From contig CAWIIV010000024.1 in the NCBI GenBank assembly GCA_963836205.1, forward strand, positions 64,001 to 128,000: DNA of 64,000 bases, written 5' to 3'. The translations under genes and the position numbers were made by a program. How positions within the stretch are numbered: position 1 is the first letter of the stretch; every line of letters begins with the position of its first letter. Shown in pieces: positions 9,767 to 19,151 of this stretch. The notes beneath the pieces were generated by a model, which saw only the letters and a program-made list of their open reading frames with translations, ran no database searches and was not told the origin of the DNA. This DNA is from an uncultured Acidimicrobiia bacterium (GTDB lineage: Bacteria; Actinomycetota; Acidimicrobiia; Acidimicrobiales; AC-14).

Positions 9767-10426
9767 GTTCTCCGCAAGCTCTTCCTCCTCTTCGTCGTCG
9801 GCGTCGTCGGCCTGCTGGTGGTCGCCGACTTCGCGGCGCGGGGCGTGGCCGAGGACCAGCTGCGGGCGCGGGTGCTCGACCGGATCCGTCCCGCCGATCA
9901 GGAATTTGGCGGGGCGGTGTCGGCGTCGATCTCGTCGTTCCCCTTCCTCGGCCGGCTGCTGGCGTCGGGGACCATCTCCCAGGTCGACGTGTCGGTGCGC
10001 GACCTCACCGTGAGAGGGGTGACGTTCGCGTCGGTCGGCGTGCGCCTGCGGTCGGTGCGCATCGACCGCGACTCGCTGCTGGACGATCGGCGGGTGGCGC
10101 TGGCCAGCATCGGCCGGGGGACGGCGGTGGTCGAGATCACCGGCGCCGAGATCTCCCGGCTGGTGGGCGTGCCGGTGGTGCTGGAGGAGGGCCGGGCCCG
10201 GGCTCGGGTGGGAGGCGTGCTGGTCGACGTGTCGGCCCGGGTGGAGGGCTCGTCGCTGCTCGTGGAGGCGGGGGGCGTGACGCTGCCGGCGATCGAGATC
10301 CCGCCGCTGCCATTGGTGTCGTGCCTCACGGGGACCGAGATCCTTGCCGGCCGAGTCCGCCTCACGTGCGACGTCGACCAGGTGCCGGTGGAGCTGGCCG
10401 GCCGCTCGCTGCAGGTGCAGCTGTAA
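9767..10426 (+). CDS. LmeA/DUF2993-family membrane-anchored protein
   Basis: N-terminal hydrophobic anchor LRKLFLLFVVGVVGLLVVADFAAR and 'FPFLGRLLASG' motif. The start is uncertain: GTT at 9767, first canonical GTG at 9818. Confidence 0.7.
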   Translation, partial: VLRKLFLLFVVGVVGLLVVADFAARGVAEDQLRARVLDRIRPADQEFGGAVSASISSFPFLGRLLASGTISQVDVSVRDLTVRGVTFASVGVRLRSVRIDRDSLLDDRRVALASIGRGTAVVEITGAEISRLVGVPVVLEEGRARARVGGVLVDVSARVEGSSLLVEAGGVTLPAIEIPPLPLVSCLTGTEILAGRVRLTCDVDQVPVELAGRSLQVQL

Positions 10427-10435
10427 GGGGTTCGT

Positions 10436-10930
10436 CTACCAGTCGGCGGTGCCGGTGAGTCCCTTGAACGGGCCGACGACCGCCGTGGTGATCCAGCCGC
10501 CGTAGAAGTTGCCCGGCTGGGCCTGCACCGCCTCGCCGTCGAGGAGGGCGGACTCCACCCGGCCCGGGTAGAAGCCGATGTAGCCGGCCATCGCCTCGTA
10601 GCCGGGCGACGGCTTGTCGTAGGCCCAAGCCGCGTCCTTCGAGCGCTTGGCGCCGACGACGAGGTCGAAGTACCGGGCCTCGCCCTTGTACTCGCAGAAC
10701 GACGTGTTGCCGTTGGGCTCGAGGACGCCCTCGTCGACGCTGTCCGGGGGGACGTAGTAGACGGGCGGGTGGCTGGTCTCCAGGACGCGGAGGGGGGCGT
10801 CGGTGTAGGCGATGGAGCGACCGGCGAAGTAGACCTCCACGTCCTCTTCCACCGCTTCCAGGCGGGGCGGCCGGGGGTAGTCCCAGACGGACTCCTGGCC
10901 GGGGCCGGGGGGGACGGGGTTCGGTTTCAT
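10436..10930 (-). CDS. DUF427-domain protein
   Basis: QESVWDYPRPP, VLETSHPPVYY, SFCEYKG and FYGGWIT motifs. Confidence 0.9.
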   Translation of the reverse strand: MKPNPVPPGPGQESVWDYPRPPRLEAVEEDVEVYFAGRSIAYTDAPLRVLETSHPPVYYVPPDSVDEGVLEPNGNTSFCEYKGEARYFDLVVGAKRSKDAAWAYDKPSPGYEAMAGYIGFYPGRVESALLDGEAVQAQPGNFYGGWITTAVVGPFKGLTGTADW

Positions 10931-10959
10931 CGGCCACCAGTATCCGGCACGATGGCGGG

Positions 10960-11412
10960 GTGGACGAACACGCGGCGGCGCTGGCCGACGCCATCGAGCA
11001 GGTCCTGCCCGGCTGGGTCGTGCGGTCTGTCGCCACGGTGTTGGCTGCCGCCGGAATGGAGGACGACCAGGCGCTGTCCCACGCCGAGGTGCTGGGCACG
11101 CGAGCCGCGGACGACATCGGCTCGGCCGTGCGTCGGCTCCTGTCCCTCGATATCGACGAGCAGCCGACCACGCCCCTCACGCTGCTGCGCGGAGCCGTGC
11201 TCTACCCGACAGAGATTCTCCGCAACGCGGGCGTTCCGCCGGTGAGGCGCGACGATGTGAAGGTGCGACTCTTCCCGGACGACGTGTACGACCTGTCTCC
11301 GGCCGCCTTCGCCGACGTCGACCCCCGCCTCACCGAGCCGGGCCTGGTGTGGGGCGCGTCGAAGGCGTATGAGCACCTCCGCCGCCACAAGCCCGACAAG
11401 GACGTGAACTGA
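10960..11412 (+). CDS. Hypothetical protein
   Basis: 150-aa ORF with host-like codon usage, apparently cotranscribed with the next gene. Confidence 0.7.
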   Translation: MDEHAAALADAIEQVLPGWVVRSVATVLAAAGMEDDQALSHAEVLGTRAADDIGSAVRRLLSLDIDEQPTTPLTLLRGAVLYPTEILRNAGVPPVRRDDVKVRLFPDDVYDLSPAAFADVDPRLTEPGLVWGASKAYEHLRRHKPDKDVN

Positions 11413-11414
11413 CC

Positions 11415-11711
11415 ATGCGCATCGCCGCCTACGTGCCCGACCTGATGGACCGGTCCAAGGTGGCCGCGGCCGGCGACGTCACCTTCGTCAGCCGGCCGGA
11501 GGGCCTGGCCGGTGTCGAGGCCGACCTGGTGGTCGTCGACCTCATGCGTCCGGGCGTCCTGGAGGCGCTGGCCGGCCTGTCCACCCGCGTGATCGGCTTC
11601 GCCCGCCACACCGAGCCCGCCCTCATGGCCGCGGCCCAGGCCGCCGGCTGCGACGTCGTCCTCTCCCGATCGTCGTTCTTCGCCCAACTCGACGCCCTTC
11701 TGGCCGGCTGA
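11415..11711 (+). CDS. Small receiver-like (CheY-fold) hypothetical protein
   Basis: ADLVVVDL...VIGF..H...AGCDVV pattern. Confidence 0.6.
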   Translation: MRIAAYVPDLMDRSKVAAAGDVTFVSRPEGLAGVEADLVVVDLMRPGVLEALAGLSTRVIGFARHTEPALMAAAQAAGCDVVLSRSSFFAQLDALLAG

Positions 11712-11935
11712 CCTCTCGGCGCCCGGCCCGGCCGCCGACGAGTGTGCAGAAAAGGGTGATTAGTCACCTGGCGCCACCACATGGAAGAGGAACTTCGGTG
11801 AATTCCCCACAAACCCGCAGGTCAGAAGGGGTACGGCGCAAGCATCCTGTCAACATCCCTGGGCGTAAACCGGCTACCATGTAGGGCACTACGACGCCTA
11901 GCAGCACCCTTCCCCCGATCACAAGGGGTCACCGC

Positions 11936-12106
11936 ATGACCGAGCACCGCAGACGGCGAACCGCCGCCCTGACCCCCGAGCAGACCGAGGAACGCTTCGA
12001 CACTGGCGGCCGGTCGTTTATGGACTCGCTTCGGCTGGTGCTCGCTGGTGGGCGTTCTGAGGGACACGAGAGCAAGTCTGACGACGAACCGGAGGCAGAA
12101 AAGTGA
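11936..12106 (+). CDS. IS passenger small ORF (56 aa)
   Basis: MTEHRRRRTAALTPEQTEERFDTGGRSFMDSLRLVLAGG...EAEK; its stop overlaps the next start (GTGA). Confidence 0.45.
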   Translation: MTEHRRRRTAALTPEQTEERFDTGGRSFMDSLRLVLAGGRSEGHESKSDDEPEAEK

Positions 12107-12294
12107 GCGACACTGCCACGAAGTGGCTACCTGAGACTGTCAGGGTTACCAGCCGCGAGGAGTCCGAAACATTGCTCGCTAACCCACGGATTCAAGCCGG
12201 ACTAGCTGCCTACTTTGAGAGGTACGAACGGTACGAAGGAAATATCCCGACGATCTCGGGTGAGGAAGTTGACCGTCGCCTCTTTGGCGATTGA
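12103..12294 (+). CDS. IS passenger, antitoxin-like small protein
   Basis: 63 aa with an SD-like GGAGG. C-terminal 'TLLANPRIQ...TISGEEVDRRL' resembles the tails of type II antitoxins. Confidence 0.5.
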   Translation: MSDTATKWLPETVRVTSREESETLLANPRIQAGLAAYFERYERYEGNIPTISGEEVDRRLFGD

Positions 12295-12303
12295 CCGCTT
12301 CGA

Positions 12304-12597
12304 TTGGCGGAGTTCCTAGAGTTTGACGAGGAGTCACTAGGCGGCTTTGACGAGTGGGTTCGCTCCCTACCGTCTGAACTCCAAGTTGAGGTCCGACGTT
12401 GGCGCCAGTGGGTAACCCTCGAATACAACCGCCACCCCGCTAAACGGTTCGCCTTGTACTGGCGCGGCAATGAACATTTAGAAGCATTAGTCGTTGAACT
12501 TCGAGCAGGGTTCCTACGGACGACCATCGTTTATGCCGTCAACCTCACGCGTGCGACGATCTCCGTTGTGGCGTATGGCTCTGATATCGAACTTTAG
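12304..12597 (+). CDS. IS passenger, RelE/ParE-like toxin candidate
   Basis: 97 aa: 'FDEWVRSLP...ELRAG...IVYAV...ISVVAYG' fits the RelE secondary-structure pattern; lies downstream of the antitoxin-like ORF. Confidence 0.45.
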   Translation: MAEFLEFDEESLGGFDEWVRSLPSELQVEVRRWRQWVTLEYNRHPAKRFALYWRGNEHLEALVVELRAGFLRTTIVYAVNLTRATISVVAYGSDIEL

Positions 12598-13564
12598 CGA
12601 GTCGCCCGGTAGGTCAATCGCCGTCCACCAGCCTGGCTAACCATCTTCTCCATGCGAGCCGTGTCACTGATCTTCCGGGTCGTGTAGCGGAATCGAACTC
12701 TGCGAGGTAGCGGGGCAAGTGTTCGACCGAAACGTGGTGGTGAGTGCCGTCAAGGGACCGCTTCAACTGCGAGAAGTACCCCTCCGCGTGGTTCGTGGTG
12801 ACCGTGCCCCGGACGTACTCCCCGGCGTTGTGGTTGACGCTCTCGTGGGCCGCGAACTCCTGGCCGATCTGGGGATACCAGGCGCCGGAGTCCGTGTGAA
12901 GGGTGGAGGCGGCCATATCGACCTGCTGAGCGATCACCTTGCGGAGCACGGCGCCCGTGACGTTGGGGACCACCGCAGACCGGGCCTCGCCCGTCGTGGT
13001 GTTGATGAGCGAGAGGACGGGCGTCTTGTCCGTGTTCATGTTGCCAGTCACCTTGTCGACCCGAACGGGCGTACTGCTGGCCGATGCGTGGCGGTTGGAG
13101 GGCTTGCCGCCGATCCACGTCTCGTCGGCCACGATCGTTCCGGTCATCGTCTCGGACAACTCGCCCCGCTTCATCGCTTCGCGAATTCGGTGGAGCATGA
13201 ACCATGCCGTCTTGTTGGTGACGCCGAGCGTGCGGTGCAACTCGAAAGCGGCAACGCCGTTCTTACTGGACGCCATCATGTAGAGAGCCATGAGCCACTT
13301 GGACAAAGGAACCTGCGAACGCTCAAAGATGGTTCCGACGAGAACCGAGAATTGCTTGCGGCATTCGGCGCACTTCCACAAACGGCGGTTCGACACCTTG
13401 CCGGTTGACGTACGGCGGGCGCTGGAAAGGAAGTAGGCGTTATCGACCGAGCCACAGTGCGGGCACTCGGGACCGCTGGGCCAACGCATTTCTTCGAGCA
13501 GTTCATAGGCGGCTGACTCATCCGAGAACTTCTTTGAAAGTACCGAGATGTTCAGCTTCTCCAT
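12594..13564 (-). CDS. IS1595-family DDE transposase (1-nt frameshift near the C-terminus)
   Basis: Zn ribbon CPHC...CAEC, HTH, ADETWIGG, HTD, TNHAEGYFSQLKR, HLPRYLAEFD. Adding one T near 12692 restores FRYTTRK...GRRLTY with a stop at 12594. Confidence 0.93.
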
Positions 13565-13872
13565 GCCTCCAATTATACGAGGGGGATGAGACAGTCATTC
13601 CGAACGGTGGTGGCGCCAGGTGACTAATCACCCAGAAAAGGACATATCTCGTACCTTTCTGCACACTCGACCGGGCGGAGAGATGGGGCACGAAACTCTT
13701 GCCGCGGGGAAGGCAGCGGCTCGCCGCGCCACGTCCTCACTACGCAACGAAAGCGTTCGACCGCGCTCTGTGGTTTGCGCATTTCGATTGGTGGCTCTGC
13801 TCGTGCCGTGGCCCTGCGGTTAGTACCCACAGCAGGACTCGAGTTGCGACCCCCGGCCTCGAAGACTGCGAG

Positions 13873-14055
13873 TCAGCGGCGGTCGCCCGGGCGCTGCCAG
13901 CCGGTGTCGCTGATGGGCCGGGGCTCGAAGAAGAGGCAGTCGTCGGGGCAGGCGAAGGGGGCCTGTTCGGCCACGTCGAGGCGGCAGCGTTCGACCGAGT
14001 CGCCGGTGGGGAGCGACCGGCGGGAGTAGTGGCGGCAGTCCGCCCTGACGCTCAC
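13873..14055 (-). CDS. Small Cys-rich hypothetical protein (60 aa)
   Basis: VSVRADCRHY...ERCRLD...FACPDDCLFFEPR; 4 Cys; divergent from the NUDIX gene. Confidence 0.6.
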   Translation of the reverse strand: MSVRADCRHYSRRSLPTGDSVERCRLDVAEQAPFACPDDCLFFEPRPISDTGWQRPGDRR

Positions 14056-14103
14056 GGCCCGCCATCTTCGCAGATCGAGAGCCGGACGGTAGGGTCGGCT
14101 GCG

Positions 14104-14826
14104 GTGAGTGATCCGGATGCCGGCCGCGGGGTTTCGGGTCACGACCTGCTGCGATGGAGCGAGGCGTTGGCCGCCATCGCCCGCACCGGCCTCGGGTTCA
14201 CGGACAGCCTCTACGAGCGGGAGCGGTTCGAGGAGGTGCTGCGGGTAGCTGCCGACATCGGGGTCGCGGCCGGCCACCGGTCGGACCCGGTGGCCCGGGT
14301 GGAGGAGTGGCTGGCCCACGTCGGCCAGGGCGTGGCCGGCTACGTGACGCCCAAGGTGGCGATCGGCGCCGTCGTCGGCAACGACGCGGGCGAGATCCTC
14401 CTCGTCCAGCGGTCGGACTCGGGGATGTGGCTGTACCCGACGGGATGGGCCGACGTGGGCTACTCGCCGGCCGAGGTGGCGGTGAAGGAGGTGCTGGAGG
14501 AGACGGGGATGATGGTCGAGCCGGTGCGCCTCATCGCGGTCCTCGATGGGATGCGGCTCGGCTTCACCCGCATCCCCTTGTACTCCCTGGTGTTCCACTG
14601 CCGGCTGGTGGGCGGTGAGCTCCAGGCCCACCCGCTCGAGTGCCGCGATGTGGGCTTTTTCGCGGAGGACGCCCTGCCGACCCCTCTTGCCGGAGCCGGC
14701 CGGTGGCAGGTGCCGGCCTTCGAGGCCATCCGGGGGGAGCCGGTGGAAGTGCTCTTCGACCAGCCCCGGCAACCCCTCTGGCGCACCGCCGCTACCGGCG
14801 GCGCCGGGAACGACGAACTACCGTAA
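14104..14826 (+). CDS. NUDIX hydrolase with N-terminal domain (ADP-ribose pyrophosphatase-like)
   Basis: IARTGLGF...YERERF, GYVTPK, and Nudix box GWADVGYSPAEVAVKEVLEETG. Confidence 0.9.
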   Translation: MSDPDAGRGVSGHDLLRWSEALAAIARTGLGFTDSLYERERFEEVLRVAADIGVAAGHRSDPVARVEEWLAHVGQGVAGYVTPKVAIGAVVGNDAGEILLVQRSDSGMWLYPTGWADVGYSPAEVAVKEVLEETGMMVEPVRLIAVLDGMRLGFTRIPLYSLVFHCRLVGGELQAHPLECRDVGFFAEDALPTPLAGAGRWQVPAFEAIRGEPVEVLFDQPRQPLWRTAATGGAGNDELP

Positions 14827-14851
14827 CCCCGGTCCTCAGGAGGTCGTCTTC

Positions 14852-16196
14852 TTGCTGCTGCGCCGTTTTCGTCGTCGAAAGGTCGTGTCCGATCCGGTCA
14901 CCGTGGTCAGCCGCTTCGTCGACGCGGCCAATCGCCACGACGCCGACGCCATCGCCAAGTGCCTCCACCCCGACTTCGAGAGCATCCAGCCCATCTATCC
15001 GAGCCGGAACTTCCGGGGATCGATGCAGGTCAAGCGCAACTGGCAGGCGATCTTCGAGAGCGAGCCCGGCTTCCGTCTGAGCCTGGTGCGCTCGGCGTCC
15101 AACGAGGGCACGGTGTGGGTCGAGCTCCACGGCGCCGGGCGCGACGTCGAGGTGGCGGGCGTGTTCATCATGGGCGTCGAGGACGAACTCGTGCGCTGGG
15201 CCCGCGTGTACAGCGCCGTCGTCGAGCAGCCGGCCCCCAAGATGGCCGCGCAAGGACCGGAGACCGCTACCGGCGACCAGGAGTCAGCGAGCGTCCGGGA
15301 AGAGGCCGAGGCCCTCCGCAGGCTCATCGACGCCGGCCGGAAGTCCGACGCCGCGGCCGCCGCCGCTGCGGCTGCTGCCGACGAGCCCTCGCCCGCCGAG
15401 CCGGCCGTACCCGCCGCCGAGCCCGCCGCCGAGCCCGCCGAGGCTGTCGACGACTCCGAGCCCGCCGAGGCTGTCGACGACTCCGAGTACGACGACGACG
15501 AGTACGACGACGATGAGTACGACGACTCGGACGACGACGACTCGGACGACGACGACTCGGACGACGACGACTCGGACGACGACGACTCGGACGACGACGA
15601 CTCGGACGACGACGACTCGGACGACGACGACTCAGGCGACGACGAGGACGAGGACTCGGAGGAGAACGACTCCGACGAGCAAGGCGACTCGAAGGACCCC
15701 GCCACCAGTGAGTCCGACGGCGACTCCGGGGACGTCACCGCCGTCGCACATGCCTCCTCCGGTGGCGACTCCGGCGCGTCCCTTGGCGACGCCGCCGCGG
15801 ACGACGTCGTCGGCGACTCCGGAGCTGGCGTCTCCGAGGGCGACTCCGGGGCCGGCGATCCCGGTGTCTCAGGGGCTGGCGACATCGGCGCCCCTGGAGC
15901 CGGCGGGCTCGGGGACGACGAGTCCGTCGGGGACGCGGCCATCATGCAGGACGCGGTGGGCGGCCGAAGCGGAGGCGCCCAATCCTTACAGCGACTCCGA
16001 CCTGTTCTGGCAGGAGGGGGAGGTCCACGACATCGGCGGCCGGCAGCGTCGGCGCCGCTCGGGTCGCGACGCCGCTCCCACCGGTGACGAGGACGCGCTG
16101 GTGGTCGACCTCGGCGGGCGGACCGACGACCACGACGGCGACGACCCGTCCCACGGGCGTTCGGGCCGGCGTCGAGGCGGCCGCCGCCGCCGCTGA
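14852..16196 (+). CDS. SnoaL/NTF2-like domain protein with long acidic low-complexity tail (probable frameshift near 15955)
   Basis: AGGAGG SD then TTG 14852; 'FVDAANRHDADAIAKCLHPDF...P.R.F.G...W' SnoaL pattern. The acidic tail continues in another frame to TGA 16196. Confidence 0.65.
15527..15631 (+). repeat. Coding tandem repeat, 7 x 15 nt TCGGACGACGACGAC (SDDDD)
   Basis: Seven perfect units, preceded by degenerate EYDDD units and a 27-nt duplication. Confidence 0.9.
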
Positions 16197-16232
16197 TCCC
16201 GGGGTTCGCCCGAACGGCGCGGATTCATCGCC

Positions 16233-16733
16233 CTACCGACGGTCCGAATTGGCGGGGTCGGGACCGGGCGAGAGTTGCTCGAGGAGGGCGGAAACGATCG
16301 ACACCTGGCCTCCCGAGTGCTCCCACGCGTCGCCGATCCCCTGGTGGTCGGCCAGGCCGGCGGCGTCGGGCGGGCGGCCCAGGGCGTCGGTGCAGGCTGC
16401 GGCCAGGGTGGCCGGCTCCACCTCGTCGCCGTAGGCGGGGAACGCCTCCAACCCGTCCCACAGCGTGTCGACGGAGGCGACCGGCGCCGACCCCGCGCCG
16501 AGAGCGGCCGAGATCTCGTCGAAGACCTCGTAGGTGCCCATACCCGCCGGCCGCTGGTACCCGGCCACCGGGTGGAGGCGCCACTCGACCGTGATCCCGC
16601 CCGGCCCGTCGTCGCGCAGCCACACCTGCGACCCGTTGACGTAGGCGTCGACCGGCGGACCGAAGCGGGTGTCGAGGGCCACCACCAATTCTTCCGACAC
16701 ACTCCACACACACGTTGGTGTGCGGGAGGCCAT
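16233..16733 (-). CDS. Hypothetical protein
   Basis: MASRTPTCVW...DAYVNGSQVWL...EWRLHPV...LWDGLEAF; host-like codon usage. Confidence 0.7.
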   Translation of the reverse strand: MASRTPTCVWSVSEELVVALDTRFGPPVDAYVNGSQVWLRDDGPGGITVEWRLHPVAGYQRPAGMGTYEVFDEISAALGAGSAPVASVDTLWDGLEAFPAYGDEVEPATLAAACTDALGRPPDAAGLADHQGIGDAWEHSGGQVSIVSALLEQLSPGPDPANSDRR

Positions 16734-16772
16734 GCCCCCAGTTTGCCCGCGAGCGCCTGTCACTATGGGACG

Positions 16773-18215
16773 GTGAGCCGGCGCCCCTCCCGCCTGGTGG
16801 TGGGCGTCGTCCTCGCCCTGGTCCTCGCCGCCTGCCGTGGCGACGGCGACGACGGCGGCGACCGAGGCGGTGGCAGCGGGCGAGCCACCCCGTCCACCGC
16901 CCCGGACACCAGCGCCCCTCAGTCGTCCCTGCCGGTCGCCACCGACCCGTCGTGCCCCGCCATCCCCGCCCGGGCCGAACCCCGCGCCGACCGCTCCCGG
17001 TACGTCCTCCACGTCGACATCCGGCCGGCGGAGGGCGCGGTCGACGGCGACCTGCGGGTGGCGTTCACGCCCGACCTGCCCACCAACGAGATCGTCTTCC
17101 GGCTGTGGCCCAACGGCCCCCGCCCAGCGGACGCCGGCATCCGCCTCGACCCCGGGCCGGTGACGGTCGACGGCCAGCCCGCGCCCGCCACCCAGCCGGA
17201 CGACACCACCCTCGTCGTCGATCCCGGCCGCACCATCGCCGCCGGCACCACCGTCGAGATCGCCATGCCATGGACGCTCGCCGTTCCCGGCCCCGCCAAC
17301 GACCGCCTCGCCCTCGAAGCCGACTCGATGCGCCTGGGCTCGTTCTTCCCGATCCTGCCGTGGGAGACGGGCGTGGGCTGGGCCCGGGAGGCGGCGGTGG
17401 GCGACTTCGCGGAGGCGTCGACCGCGCCCACCGCCGACTTCGACCTCACCGTCACCGTCCCCGCCGGCTACGACGTCCTGGCCAGCGGCGCGCCCACGGC
17501 CGACAACCCCAACCGGTTCCTGGCCACCGCGGTGCGGGACGTGGCCCTGTCCGTCGGCCATTTCACCGACCTCGTCACCGCCGTGGCCCTGGCGCCCGAC
17601 CCGGTGACCGTCACCGTCGGCCGCCATCCCGGGATGCCGGGCAACGCCCAGTTCTTCCTCGACCAGACCGTCGACGTCCTCGAAGCCTTCGCCGGGCGCT
17701 ACGGCCCCTATCCGTGGAGCACCCTCACCGTCGCGCTCACACCTGGGCTGGGCGGAGGGATCGAGTACCCGTCCCACATCATGTTGGGGCCCTTCACCGA
17801 GGGCGAGATCACCACCCACGAGGTCGGTCACCAATGGTTCTACGGGTTGGTGGGCAACGACCAGGGCCGCGACCCGTGGCTCGACGAGGGCCTCGCCACG
17901 TACGTCGAGGCGCGCTACGACCACATCCTTGCCTTCTATGAGGGGCTACAGGTCCCCCGGGTCGCCCAGGGCCGGCTGGGCGAGCCCATGTCGTTCTGGA
18001 CCCAAGAGCCCGACGCCTATCAGGACGGGGTCTACACCCAGGGAGCCCAGGCCCTGGGCGCCCTGGGCACCCCCGATCTGGTCGACTGCGCCCTGCGGGT
18101 CTTCGTCGCCCAGAACGCCTACGACATCGCCACGCCGGCCGACTTCGTCGCGGCCGCGTCGGCGGTCTTCCCCGACGCAGCCAAGAAACTGGCCGTCTTC
18201 GGCATCGAGCCGTAA
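16773..18215 (+). CDS. M1-family zinc metallopeptidase, lipoprotein
   Basis: Lipobox LAAC, GGIEYP and HEVGHQWF...WLDEG. Confidence 0.9.
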   Translation: MSRRPSRLVVGVVLALVLAACRGDGDDGGDRGGGSGRATPSTAPDTSAPQSSLPVATDPSCPAIPARAEPRADRSRYVLHVDIRPAEGAVDGDLRVAFTPDLPTNEIVFRLWPNGPRPADAGIRLDPGPVTVDGQPAPATQPDDTTLVVDPGRTIAAGTTVEIAMPWTLAVPGPANDRLALEADSMRLGSFFPILPWETGVGWAREAAVGDFAEASTAPTADFDLTVTVPAGYDVLASGAPTADNPNRFLATAVRDVALSVGHFTDLVTAVALAPDPVTVTVGRHPGMPGNAQFFLDQTVDVLEAFAGRYGPYPWSTLTVALTPGLGGGIEYPSHIMLGPFTEGEITTHEVGHQWFYGLVGNDQGRDPWLDEGLATYVEARYDHILAFYEGLQVPRVAQGRLGEPMSFWTQEPDAYQDGVYTQGAQALGALGTPDLVDCALRVFVAQNAYDIATPADFVAAASAVFPDAAKKLAVFGIEP

Positions 18216-18247
18216 CCGGCCCGCACGGCCCGGCGCCGGCCGGCGGG

Positions 18248-19108
18248 TTAGTCCTGCTCCCGCAGGAAGCGTTCGAGCTCGTCGGCGAGGGCGTCGCCCG
18301 ACATCAGCTCCAGGCGGCCGCTCTCATCGGGGTCGTCGGCGTTGTCCTCCAGGCGGCGGACGTAGGCGGCCACGTCGTCGTCGCTGTCGACGACCTCGCT
18401 CACCTGGCGCTCGTAGTCGGCGGCCATCACCTGGAGGTCGGCGGTGAACAGCGACGTCGACAGCAGGCGGGCGGCCCGTTCGACCAGGGCCAGCGACGCC
18501 TTGGGGGACGGGGTGGCGGCCACGTAGTGGGGCACCGCCGCCCACAGCGACGCCGACGGGATCTCGGCCCGGCTGAAGGCCTCGTGCAGGACGCCCACGA
18601 TGCCGGTGGGGCCCTCGTACGTCGACCGGGTCAGGCCCAGGCGCTGCACCAGCTCGTTGTCGGCGGCGGTGCCCGTCACCCGGACGGGACGGGTGTGGGC
18701 CACGTCGGCCAGCAGCGCGCCCAGGGTGACCACCAGCTCCACGCCCATGGAGGTGGCCACGCCCACCAGCTCCTCGGTGAACGTCCGCCACTTGAGCTGG
18801 GGCTCCGTGCCCAACAGCACGATCACGTCGCGTGACGTGCCTGGCAGCGACGCCGCCGACAGCTCGTTCGACGGCCACGCGATCTCCCGGGCCATGTCGT
18901 CGTTGAGGCGGACGTGGGGCCGGGTCGACGAGAAGTCGAAGAAGTCCTCGGGGTCGATGGTGGCGAACCGCTTGGCCTGCCAGCGGTCGCGCAGGTAGCG
19001 GACGGCGGACGAGGCCGCGTCGCCGGCATCGTTCCATCCCTCGAAGGCGGCCAGCAGCACCGGGCGCCGCAGCTTCGGACGGGACTCCCACAGCAGGTGG
19101 TCCATCAC
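18248..19108 (-). CDS. PAC2-family proteasome assembly chaperone-like protein
   Basis: AFEGWNDAG, GTEPQLKW, YEGPTGIVG and WAAVPHY motifs. Confidence 0.92.
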   Translation of the reverse strand: MMDHLLWESRPKLRRPVLLAAFEGWNDAGDAASSAVRYLRDRWQAKRFATIDPEDFFDFSSTRPHVRLNDDMAREIAWPSNELSAASLPGTSRDVIVLLGTEPQLKWRTFTEELVGVATSMGVELVVTLGALLADVAHTRPVRVTGTAADNELVQRLGLTRSTYEGPTGIVGVLHEAFSRAEIPSASLWAAVPHYVAATPSPKASLALVERAARLLSTSLFTADLQVMAADYERQVSEVVDSDDDVAAYVRRLEDNADDPDESGRLELMSGDALADELERFLREQD

Positions 19109-19151
19109 GTCGAGGGTACCCGGGTGGGGGTCGTCGCCGGCCCCACGGACC

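Larger units (their letters stand above)
11755..13632 (-). mobile_element. IS1595-family transporter IS (1,878 bp)
   Basis: Perfect 26-bp terminal inverted repeats GGTGATTAGTCACCTGGCGCCACCAC at 11755-11780 and 13607-13632. 8-bp target duplication CAGAAAAG at 11747-11754 and 13633-13640. Encloses a transposase and passenger ORFs; GC is visibly lower. Confidence 0.95.

Noticed and set aside
12614-12700. Programmed frameshift in the IS1595 transposase
   Set aside because: No slippery sequence; a single missing T in GAT-TTC explains it, and similar indels occur throughout the window.
16205-16262. Additional REP-like hairpin between convergent genes
   Set aside because: Arms pair poorly and overlap a coding end.
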